Shown here in pieces: positions 1 through 9,200 of a stretch of DNA of 64,000 bases (position 1 is the stretch's first letter; each line of letters begins with the position of its first letter). The position numbers and the translations under genes are program-made. The stretch comes from Psilocybe cubensis (taxonomy: Eukaryota): the NCBI GenBank assembly GCA_017499595.2, contig CM039006.1, forward strand, positions 1-64,000, written 5' to 3'. The notes below the pieces were generated by a model that was not told where the DNA came from, did not search any database, and was given only the letters and a program-made list of their open reading frames with translations.

Positions 1-77
1 CTCTGGCCTTCTTTCTATTTCAAACTCACAGTTTAAACTAGTCGCTCGCACCTCGCTTCGCTCGGTGCTCGCTCCCC

Positions 78-148
78 CCCTAAACCCTAAACCCTAAACC
101 CTAAACCCTAAACCCTAAACCCTAAACCCTAAACCCTAAACCCTAACC
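78..148 (+). repeat. Telomeric tract (CCCTAAA)n between the unit cut by the window start and unit 1
   Basis: About 9 CCCTAAA repeats plus a CCCTAA variant, running into the element's own telomere-like tract; right boundary approximate. Confidence 0.9.
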
Positions 149-739
149 CTAAACCTAAACCTAAACCCTAAACCCTAAACCCTAAGCCCTAACCTAACCC
201 CAACCCTAAGCTAACTAAGTCTAACCTTAGTAGGAAGTAAGGTAGGCGTGTGAACTTCCGAAAGGCATGTGATTGTGAAGGGCCGGATCTAATTTAGTAC
301 ATGGGAAAAGTTACTTAGTACCTCGGGAAAAGTTCCTTAGTACCGTGGAAACATTTTTGATGGACCGGATCATGAACTGTCCAATTAAGATTCACAACAA
401 TCAATCAATTGATTGTTAGGTAAGGACCCAGGTAAGCTATTTATACTCTTGACATGAGAATATTCCCATGTCACGGTTACTCGGAGCCACGTAACCAGAG
501 TATTTTATATCCATGTGATTCACATCACAGTCAATAACCCACGATGTCAAAGAACAAAAGTGTTGGATCCACTTTTGACAGGTTACCATGTGCCACATCG
601 ACCCGTGACACTCTGTTCATCAGAGATCTGTCTAACTTGACAATAAACATTGACAGATTTGTGATAGTCGGTAAGATACATGACAGCTGCGCAGCATCAC
701 TTCACGCGCTGTCATCGGATGTTCCAGAACATTCCTTCT

Positions 740-804
740 AAGAATAGCCACTGAAGAGTCTATAAAGACGAAAGGGCTGGCTGCTGATAACAATCAACAG
801 CCCT
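740..804 (+). ncRNA. 5' part of a hammerhead ribozyme, interrupted by the group I intron between U16.1 and C17
   Basis: CTGAAGA at 751, stem II GTCT-ATAA-AGAC, GAAA, stem III GGGCTG...CAGCCC-T804. The remainder (C-TGGCC) resumes at 1734. Confidence 0.88.
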
Positions 805-1733
805 CAAGTACTCGTCCTCTCCCAAACTCCTGCCGCTTGTGCCTTCCCAACTCATCCGGGAGCCCTTTCGTCACTGATCTTGCCCTTGACTCGGGGACGT
901 TTCATCGACATGTTGGCTGCCTCACGGCAAGCGGGGCCCTTTTTCTTTCACTCGCTCACGCCTTCTATGTTGGGTTACGGAGGTCATACAAACTCGTTTT
1001 AGTCTAGCTGCGGGGTTATCCAGCTATGATGACTTTGTAATTCGAGGGCGCGCAGTTCTTCAATGGGTATGGACATCAGGTGAGAGTACACTGGGGGTTG
1101 TCAGGACCAGCTCTGCTGGATACGCTCCTGGCAAGTCGGTTGCAGCCGGCGACACTACCGAATTGCTGGGACGTCCTAAAGCTTGTGGGTACCGCCGACC
1201 GCTGGAAACAGCCTAGGCACCGGTGGCGACCGGGTATGGTAACAATCCCCAAGATTCAGCGAAAGCTGGAATGGATAATCAGCAGCGAATCCGTAACGGT
1301 CACGCCGACGGAAGCGTTCAACGACTAGGTGGTAGTGGGGTCTTCGGATCTTAAGATATAGTCTTGGGAGTGGGGAAACCCACATCTGGTATCTAAACCG
1401 CGCCTCGCTGCTTACGAGGACGGCCCGAAGTCCAGAACCGCTTAAAACGCGGGTGACCCGGCCTCCCCTTAGTAAAGGGAGTTAACACAAGGATAGACAA
1501 ATAGTTCGTCGCCGGAAATGAACCTGTGGCTGTAATGGCTGATGTGGCGCCCCTTGGTAAAGGGCTTAAAGGGTATTAGCCTGCCATGTCCAATGGCATG
1601 AGAGTGTCCCTTGGTAAAGGACTTAATAGGCAATAGCCTGCTCTTTTGTCATGAGCGGTATGTAGTGATCGTTTGCCTGTACGGTAGCGCCCATTGCTTG
1701 CACTGGTCCACGCCCGTAAAAAATCACGAGCCG
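805..1733 (+). ncRNA. Group I self-splicing intron, IC1-like, 929 nt, no homing endonuclease ORF
   Basis: P AATTGCTGGGA 1161-1171, Q AATCAGCAGC 1277-1286, R GTTCAACGACTA 1316-1327, S AAGATATAGTC 1353-1363. P3 CACTACC 1153-1159/GGTAGTG 1331-1337; P7 GACTA/TAGTC; P8 with TTCG loop; P9 GTGGG-GAAA-CCCAC. 5' exon ends in T804, intron ends in G1733; IGS GGGGTTGT 1094-1101 pairs with exon ACAGCCCT. Precisely absent from 15 other hammerhead copies. Confidence 0.93.
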
Positions 1734-1845
1734 CTGGCCTTCTTTCCATTTAACTCACAGTTTAAACAAGTCGCTCGCACCTCGCTTCGCTCGGTGCTCG
1801 CTCCCCCCCTAAACCCAACGACTTTGCTATTACCCAACAGCTACT

Positions 1846-3001
1846 ATGTCTTCCACTTACTCTGCTGCCTTCTCTCGTGCCATGTCCCCCACCCTGGACG
1901 CACTCACCCAGGCTGTCGTCAACAACACAGTTTTTGGCGTCAACGACGAAGCTGGCCGCCACAACGCCCTCATCGACGAGTTGGCCACTGTCGTCATCAA
2001 GAAAATAGCTGAGTGCCGCTCCATTGACCAGATTGTAGACTGCGTCTTTTTTGACTATCGTGCTGCCCTTAGGGAGTTTCTCCTCAACCTCGCATCGTGG
2101 TGCGATAAGAGGGAAACAGTCAAGGCTAGCCTCGAGCGCCTTGAACTTGCCGTTAGCGCAGGCAACACCCCCAATCGCCTTCGGGTGAAGGCTCCCGAGT
2201 TCCAACTTACGAAGGAATTCGCGGATGCCGGGTCAGCGGAAGCTCTTCGAGTTTCCTCTACGTTCTCCACCGCTCGTGATGTCTTCCAAAAGGCAATCAA
2301 CGACGGCGCCATTCAGGCGAAAAAGGACGAACTGGCCTTTTGGGATGATAAATGCGCACTCAATAACTGTTATGAAGCTGCTGCCCTCATCGTTAAGACA
2401 ACTTACGATGATCGCAAATCCAGCTATAAGCTCCCCGTTTTCTCTACAGACAACAAGGGAGTTCGTCGAATAACAGATTGGGTAGTGTCACCGCAGAAGA
2501 AGGCTGAATGCAGCGCATTGCAAACCATTTTGCCAGCCATCTTCTCTCATATCAAACAGATTGTCAACTTGCGCCACCGCGCTTTGGCAATCAAGATTGA
2601 GAAAAAGCGGTCGACTGCGGCAACAGCCGATGTCGAGATGGCCGATGCGACCAAACCAGGTCCATCGATTCAATCCCTTATTGATAAGGGCTTGAATGCA
2701 CGTCTCAAGAAGCTCAACCTTGGATCTGTGGGCAAGAAGGCAAGTTCTCGTAACCCTTCACCCATAATTCTGGATACTAATTACTATTCTAATTACCCAG
2801 ACTTTGTCTGGCCAGAATTCGTCCAAGGCTCCTCAACCTCAGGCCAAGAAAGCTGGCCCTTCGAAATTCAAACCCTCGTCGACGCCTTCGCAGAAGAAGC
2901 CCCAAACCAAGGCTTCCAACAAGGTCGACAACAAGAAGAAAGGGAAGGGGAGAGCTCCCGTCAAGAACGATCCAAAGGGAAAGGGAAAGGCAAGAGCCTA
3001 G
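1846..3001 (+). CDS. Predicted spliced ORF1 protein (exons 1846-2739 and 2801-3001; 364 aa) with Lys-rich C-terminal tail
   Basis: Removing a 61-nt GCAAGT...CTAAT...CCCAG intron (2740-2800) joins ...VGKK in frame to TLSGQNSSKAPQ...KGKGKARA*. No spliced copy of this intron is present in the window. Confidence 0.65.
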
Positions 3002-5376
3002 ACGCGCGGTCTAATGTAGTACCTTTTACGTCGGTAAGACCCGCCTTCCCCAACTCTATTCCTGACGATATACTCACCATGACTAAAACAGACGCAGTTT
3101 CTTTTGTACACTTACATACGCCGATCTCATTCTTGTTGGCTGGCCAGTATCGTAGTAGTGTACACTGTAGTCCTGGTGTGGTGGTCCCTGTAGATATAGC
3201 AAATGATTTGTCACTCGGACTCAATTATATGTTTTTTACTCTGCCTTCTCAAAGTCTGATCATGCAAGCATGGAATGATTTTCAACGAAGAATAAGATGG
3301 CGTATCTATTTTTTGTTTAAGGAAGGCATGAACAAACCTTTTGATCCAGATTACGGAGTAAGCTCAAAAAAGAAAGAGAAACCTCCAGTATTACCGCAAT
3401 ACATGGAACTTGGCCTTTCGATGGGACGTCGGTACGTGCAACGCACGATCGCAAGTATCCCGGAAGAAGCCCTTACGGAGATGCGAAAGCACGCGTTCTC
3501 TCCTAAAAGGGACAAGATCCGTAAGTTTCTTATCGATAACAACTATGTTATTACGATGACAGATAAGAATCTTGGCCTCGCGGTGTCTGAACGCGACTGG
3601 ATATTAAGGAATGAGCTCAATCTTCTTGAAGATGAACGTAACTATGAAGAGTTAGAATTCGAAGTTGCGCAAGAAGTAATGAAGAGCAAAATGATCCAGA
3701 TGCAAACTCTTGCACGTACCGTCGAAGATGAACATCTGTTTCTATTTGAACTTGGGTTGTCTCGATTCTTTCTATCGAATGTACCGGAAGACGGATCATC
3801 GTTCAAGTATCCTCAATTTCATGGTATACCTAAAATCCACAAAAAACCTACTGGATTTAGGCCCATAATTCCGTGTCACTCTGTAGTATTTAATCCTGCA
3901 GCCAAGTTTGTATCAAAAGAGCTTAAGCCGATTATTAAATCGACTCCTTCAATCATTCACGGAACGAAGGATCTCTTTACGAGATTAAGCCAATTGCGTA
4001 TAGACCCCAAACGACAATGGTATTTTGTCACCGGGGATGTAGTTGCTTTCTATCCCAATATTCCGTTGGACTTGTGCATCGAAATCGTTTGTAATATGTA
4101 CGAGGAATGGTTACTCAACGCTTCGGAAGAAAACACTGCATTAGCCCATATTAATCCAAATTCGTTAGAGAATAACTTGGTTAAATTGGGCATCTTTAAA
4201 CGTGCTATCGAGATTGGCAATACGCAATTGATAACACAACATGGGTCTAGATATTTTAGACAAAAAAATGGCCTCGCAATGGGCGTCGCGGATTCTCCGG
4301 ACCTTGCTAACCTCTTTGGAGCCCATTTTGAAATAAAGTCAAAAATCTTAGACCACCCAAACGTGGCCTTCTATGGAAGGTACATCGACGATTGTTTCGC
4401 AATTGTTTACGCCGAGTCCGAAGCACTTGCACTTAATCTTATTAAAGAAACAATAAAGTTCGATGGTTGTGTTATCGAATGGGCTGTTTCCTCGTCGGGA
4501 TGTCAATTTCTCGATGCTTTCATATTCAAGGAGTCTGGAAAACTTCATTGGAAGCCATTTGTCAAGACAGGAAACAACCGAGAACGAGTTCCATGGGTAT
4601 CACATCATCCTTTGGACGTCAAACGTGGCGTCTACATTGGAGAGTTATCCAGGTTAGCCGTGCTATGTAGTACCAAGGAAATCTACATCGGAGCAATTAG
4701 AGACCTTAACGCTCTCTATTTGATGCGCGGTTATCCCGAAAACCTAGTCATGTCTTGGTGTAAGAAGAATATACAAGAACGTTGGGAAAAGCGATTCGCT
4801 TTACGAGTCGCAGAGCACGACGAATCCATTCTTGTACTTAAAACCAGATTTGATCAGGTATGGAATTGGTTTTCAGCTGCTGAACTTGGAAAAACTGTTA
4901 CCGAGTACTGGTCGGCATGGTATGAACATGCCGAGAAAGGTTTGTATAGTGCAGACTCGTCCAGACCCCTTATCAAACCAGATCCAAATTACGTTCACGA
5001 CCTCGATGATGTTCGCCCGGAGCTGTTCACACAGATCCTCGTGGACGGAGAAACTGAGTTCGTACCGGATTTGAGGAAGATAGGACTACTCGGAAGTCGT
5101 TGGATAGTATCGCGAAAACGCAATACTAATCTTTTCGACCTTGCAAATGTGTGGAAGAAAACAGTCTTTCGTAAACTGGATGAAGACATCGCTGAAAAAG
5201 GTGGTGTTGTTCCCGAAACTCAAAACGTTAATGAAACTTATCATTCTGCTTTAGTTGAAGCTGCTGAACAGATAAGTATCGAAAGTGATAACGAGATAAT
5301 ACTTCATAGACGTTCAATCTCACAAGAGAGGGAACATCCAGAATTCGGCAGAATATCCAAATCTTACAACCGATGA
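1846..5376 (+). CDS. Penelope-like element ORF1-RT protein, 1176 aa, subfamily A
   Basis: TDKN, FHGIPKIHK, FRPII, FVTGDVVAFYPNI, RQKNGLAMGVADSPDLANLF, YGRYIDD, FLD, then PLE-like thumb HHPLDVKRG; no endonuclease, RNase H or integrase motifs seen. Confidence 0.95.
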   Translation: MSSTYSAAFSRAMSPTLDALTQAVVNNTVFGVNDEAGRHNALIDELATVVIKKIAECRSIDQIVDCVFFDYRAALREFLLNLASWCDKRETVKASLERLELAVSAGNTPNRLRVKAPEFQLTKEFADAGSAEALRVSSTFSTARDVFQKAINDGAIQAKKDELAFWDDKCALNNCYEAAALIVKTTYDDRKSSYKLPVFSTDNKGVRRITDWVVSPQKKAECSALQTILPAIFSHIKQIVNLRHRALAIKIEKKRSTAATADVEMADATKPGPSIQSLIDKGLNARLKKLNLGSVGKKASSRNPSPIILDTNYYSNYPDFVWPEFVQGSSTSGQESWPFEIQTLVDAFAEEAPNQGFQQGRQQEEREGESSRQERSKGKGKGKSLDARSNVVPFTSVRPAFPNSIPDDILTMTKTDAVSFVHLHTPISFLLAGQYRSSVHCSPGVVVPVDIANDLSLGLNYMFFTLPSQSLIMQAWNDFQRRIRWRIYFLFKEGMNKPFDPDYGVSSKKKEKPPVLPQYMELGLSMGRRYVQRTIASIPEEALTEMRKHAFSPKRDKIRKFLIDNNYVITMTDKNLGLAVSERDWILRNELNLLEDERNYEELEFEVAQEVMKSKMIQMQTLARTVEDEHLFLFELGLSRFFLSNVPEDGSSFKYPQFHGIPKIHKKPTGFRPIIPCHSVVFNPAAKFVSKELKPIIKSTPSIIHGTKDLFTRLSQLRIDPKRQWYFVTGDVVAFYPNIPLDLCIEIVCNMYEEWLLNASEENTALAHINPNSLENNLVKLGIFKRAIEIGNTQLITQHGSRYFRQKNGLAMGVADSPDLANLFGAHFEIKSKILDHPNVAFYGRYIDDCFAIVYAESEALALNLIKETIKFDGCVIEWAVSSSGCQFLDAFIFKESGKLHWKPFVKTGNNRERVPWVSHHPLDVKRGVYIGELSRLAVLCSTKEIYIGAIRDLNALYLMRGYPENLVMSWCKKNIQERWEKRFALRVAEHDESILVLKTRFDQVWNWFSAAELGKTVTEYWSAWYEHAEKGLYSADSSRPLIKPDPNYVHDLDDVRPELFTQILVDGETEFVPDLRKIGLLGSRWIVSRKRNTNLFDLANVWKKTVFRKLDEDIAEKGGVVPETQNVNETYHSALVEAAEQISIESDNEIILHRRSISQEREHPEFGRISKSYNR
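5201..5254 (+). other. 54-nt in-frame GT-AG spliceosomal intron near the ORF end (retained in most copies)
   Basis: GTGGTG...TTCTGCTTTAG; precisely absent at the 22082/22083 junction (GCTGAAAAAG|TTGAAGCT). Confidence 0.7.
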
Positions 5377-5425
5377 AAAGAATACTAGCGCGTAAGGCGT
5401 AAAGCATTAGAAAAAAACCCTAACC

Positions 5426-5488
5426 GTAAGTATTCCTTGCTACAAAGTAACAAACATCTACTTACAAGCAACACATTGGATTAAATAG
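5426..5488 (+). other. 63-nt GT-AG spliceosomal intron in the 3' UTR (retained in most copies)
   Basis: GTAAGT...TACTTAC...AATAG; precisely absent at the 22253/22254 junction (CCCTAACC|CTAAACC). Confidence 0.85.
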
Positions 5489-5566
5489 CTAAACCTAAAC
5501 CTAAACCCTAAACCCTAAACCCTAAGCCCTAACCTAACCCCAACCCTAAGCTAACTAAGTCTAACC
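5489..5566 (+). repeat. Element-encoded degenerate telomere-like tract in the 3' UTR
   Basis: CTAAAC/CCCTAAA/CCCTAAG/CCTAA variants in a near-fixed order in each copy that spans the region. Confidence 0.85.
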
Positions 5567-6079
5567 TTAGTAGGAAGTAAGGTAGGCGTGTGAACTTCCG
5601 AAAGGCATGTGATTGTGAAGGGCCGGATCTAATTTAGTACATGGGAAAAGTTACTTAGTACCTCGGGAAAAGTTCCTTAGTACCGTGGAAACATTTTTGA
5701 TGGACCGGATCATGAACTGTCCAATTAAGATTCACAACAATCAATCAATTGATTGTTAGGTAAGGACCCAGGTAAGCTATTTATACTCTTGACATGAGAA
5801 TATTCCCATGTCACGGTTACTCGGAGCCACGTAACCAGAGTATTTTATATCCATGTGATTCACATCACAGTCAATAACCCACGATGTCAAAGAACAAAAG
5901 TGTTGGATCCACTTTTGACAGGTTACCATGTGCCACATCGACCCGTGACACTCTGTTCATCAGAGATCTGTCTAACTTGACAATAAACATTGACAGATTT
6001 GTGATAGTCGGTAAGATACATGACAGCTGCGCAGCATCACTTCACGCGCTGTCATCGGATGTTCCAGAACATTCCTTCT

Positions 6080-6155
6080 AAGAATAGCCACTGAAGAGTC
6101 TATAAAGACGAAAGGGCTGGCTGCTGATAACAATCAACAGCCCTCTGGCCTTCTT
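6080..6155 (+). ncRNA. Intact type I hammerhead ribozyme, predicted cleavage after C6145 (equivalent C17 at 10291, 15180, 15658, 16866, 17570, 21987, 22917, 27334, 28132, 32543, 36193, 38927, 42189, 42897)
   Basis: GCCA-CTGAAGA-GTCT(ATAA)AGAC-GAAA-GGGCTG...CAGCCC-TC-TGGC; distal stem III covaries between subfamilies (TGAT/ATCA vs TGGG/CCCA). Confidence 0.92.
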
Positions 6156-6224
6156 TCCATTTAACTCACAGTTTAAACAAGTCGCTCGCACCTCGCTTCG
6201 CTCGGTGCTCGCTCCCCCCCTAAA

Positions 6225-9200
6225 TCTCCTCAACCTCGCATCGTGGTGCGATAAGAGGGAAACAGTCAAGGCTAGCCTCGAGCGCCTTGAACTTGCCGTT
6301 AGCGCAGGCAACACCCCCAATCGCCTTCGGGTGAAGGCTCCCGAGTTCCAACTTACGAAGGAATTCGCGGATGCCGGGTCAGCGGAAGCTCTTCGAGTTT
6401 CCTCTACGTTCTCCACCGCTCGTGATGTCTTCCAAAAGGCAATCAACGACGGCGCCATTCAGGCGAAAAAGGACGAACTGGCCTTTTGGGATGATAAATG
6501 CGCACTCAATAACTGTTATGAAGCTGCTGCCCTCATCGTTAAGACAACTTACGATGATCGCAAATCCAGCTATAAGCTCCCCGTTTTCTCTACAGACAAC
6601 AAGGGAGTTCGTCGAATAACAGATTGGGTAGTGTCACCGCAGAAGAAGGCTGAATGCAGCGCATTGCAAACCATTTTGCCAGCCATCTTCTCTCATATCA
6701 AACAGATTGTCAACTTGCGCCACCGCGCTTTGGCAATCAAGATTGAGAAAAAGCGGTCGACTGCGGCAACAGCCGATGTCGAGATGGCCGATGCGACCAA
6801 ACCAGGTCCATCGATTCAATCCCTTATTGATAAGGGCTTGAATGCACGTCTCAAGAAGCTCAACCTTGGATCTGTGGGCAAGAAGGCAAGTTCTCGTAAC
6901 CCTTCACCCATAATTCTGGATACTAATTACTATTCTAATTACCCAGACTTTGTCTGGCCAGAATTCGTCCAAGGCTCCTCAACCTCAGGCCAAGAAAGCT
7001 GGCCCTTCGAAATTCAAACCCTCGTCGACGCCTTCGCAGAAGAAGCCCCAAACCAAGGCTTCCAACAAGGTCGACAACAAGAAGAAAGGGAAGGGGAGAG
7101 CTCCCGTCAAGAACGATCCAAAGGGAAAGGGAAAGGCAAGAGCCTAGACGCGCGGTCTAATGTAGTACCTTTTACGTCGGTAAGACCCGCCTTCCCCAAC
7201 TCTATTCCTGACGATATACTCACCATGACTAAAACAGACGCAGTTTCTTTTGTACACTTACATACGCCGATCTCATTCTTGTTGGCTGGCCAGTATCGTA
7301 GTAGTGTACACTGTAGTCCTGGTGTGGTGGTCCCTGTAGATATAGCAAATGATTTGTCACTCGGACTCAATTATATGTTTTTTACTCTGCCTTCTCAAAG
7401 TCTGATCATGCAAGCATGGAATGATTTTCAACGAAGAATAAGATGGCGTATCTATTTTTTGTTTAAGGAAGGCATGAACAAACCTTTTGATCCAGATTAC
7501 GGAGTAAGCTCAAAAAAGAAAGAGAAACCTCCAGTATTACCGCAATACATGGAACTTGGCCTTTCGATGGGACGTCGGTACGTGCAACGCACGATCGCAA
7601 GTATCCCGGAAGAAGCCCTTACGGAGATGCGAAAGCACGCGTTCTCTCCTAAAAGGGACAAGATCCGTAAGTTTCTTATCGATAACAACTATGTTATTAC
7701 GATGACAGATAAGAATCTTGGCCTCGCGGTGTCTGAACGCGACTGGATATTAAGGAATTAGCTCAATCTTCTTGAAGATGAACGTAACTATGAAGAGTTA
7801 GAATTCGAAGTTGCGCAAGAAGTAATGAAGAGCAAAATGATCCAGATGCAAACTCTTGCACGTACCGTCGAAGATGAACATCTGTTTCTATTTGAACTTG
7901 GGTTGTCTCGATTCTTTCTATCGAATGTACCGGAAGACGGATCATCGTTCAAGTATCCTCAATTTCATGGTATACCTAAAATCCACAAAAAACCTACTGG
8001 ATTTAGGCCCATAATTCCGTGTCACTCTGTAGTATTTAATCCTGCAGCCAAGTTTGTATCAAAAGAGCTTAAGCCGATTATTAAATCGACTCCTTCAATC
8101 ATTCACGGAACGAAGGATCTCTTTACGAGATTAAGCCAATTGCGTATAGACCCCAAACGACAATGGTATTTTGTCACCGGGGATGTAGTTGCTTTCTATC
8201 CCAATATTCCGTTGGACTTGTGCATCGAAATCGTTTGTAATATGTACGAGGAATGGTTACTCAACGCTTCGGAAGAAAACACTGCATTAGCCCATATTAA
8301 TCCAAATTCGTTAGAGAATAACTTGGTTAAATTGGGCATCTTTAAACGTGCTATCGAGATTGGCAATACGCAATTGATAACACAACATGGGTCTAGATAT
8401 TTTAGACAAAAAAATGGCCTCGCAATGGGCGTCGCGGATTCTCCGGACCTTGCTAACCTCTTTGGAGCCCATTTTGAAATAAAGTCAAAAATCTTAGACC
8501 ACCCAAACGTGGCCTTCTATGGAAGGTACATCGACGATTGTTTCGCAATTGTTTACGCCGAGTCCGAAGCACTTGCACTTAATCTTATTAAAGAAACAAT
8601 AAAGTTCGATGGTTGTGTTATCGAATGGGCTGTTTCCTCGTCGGGATGTCAATTTCTCGATGCTTTCATATTCAAGGAGTCTGGAAAACTTCATTGGAAG
8701 CCATTTGTCAAGACAGGAAACAACCGAGAACGAGTTCCATGGGTATCACATCATCCTTTGGACGTCAAACGTGGCGTCTACATTGGAGAGTTATCCAGGT
8801 TAGCCGTGCTATGTAGTACCAAGGAAATCTACATCGGAGCAATTAGAGACCTTAACGCTCTCTATTTGATGCGCGGTTATCCCGAAAACCTAGTCATGTC
8901 TTGGTGTAAGAAGAATATACAAGAACGTTGGGAAAAGCGATTCGCTTTACGAGTCGCAGAGCACGACGAATCCATTCTTGTACTTAAAACCAGATTTGAT
9001 CAGGTATGGAATTGGTTTTCAGCTGCTGAACTTGGAAAAACTGTTACCGAGTACTGGTCGGCATGGTATGAACATGCCGAGAAAGGTTTGTATAGTGCAG
9101 ACTCGTCCAGACCCCTTATCAAACCAGATCCAAATTACGTTCACGACCTCGATGATGTTCGCCCGGAGCTGTTCACACAGATCCTCGTGGACGGAGAAAC

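Larger units (their letters stand above)
149..6224 (+). mobile_element. Unit 1 (subfamily A): partial 3' UTR + group I intron + leader + full ORF + 3' UTR (pseudo-LTR structure)
   Basis: 149-804 matches 5489-6144; 1734-1813 matches 6145-6224. Confidence 0.9.

Noticed and set aside
138-160. AAACCCTAACC|CTAAACC matches the spliced form of the 63-nt UTR intron
   Set aside because: Cannot be told apart from a CCCTAA variant repeat, which also occurs in other tracts (e.g. near 15270 and 27455).
294-352. Short spaced repeats resembling a CRISPR array
   Set aside because: Only three adjacent degenerate copies, no unique spacers, eukaryotic context, no cas genes.
544-741. Recurrent 60-65-aa ORF MSKNKSVGST... 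in every UTR
   Set aside because: Recurs only because the UTR is repeated; lies in hairpin-rich RNA and its end differs between subfamilies through a 1-nt indel; no coding evidence.
1080-1385. Short ORFs within the group I intron as a possible homing endonuclease
   Set aside because: They overlap the catalytic core, are under 85 aa and show no His-Cys box, LAGLIDADG, HNH or GIY-YIG motif.
1538-1570. CTGATGTGG...hairpin as a second hammerhead
   Set aside because: Core is CTGATGT rather than CTGANGA and no GAAA follows the stem.
806-1734. Reading the insert as starting exactly at the hammerhead cleavage site, or as a spliceosomal intron
   Set aside because: A shared C makes the boundary ambiguous by 1 nt, but only 805-1733 gives the U|...G| ends and U-G pair a group I intron needs; neither register is GT-AG.
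1846-5376. ORF as telomerase RT, LINE or LTR pol
   Set aside because: Multi-copy, 5'-truncated and hammerhead-associated; motifs fit PLE RT; no APE/RLE endonuclease, protease, RNase H or integrase seen.
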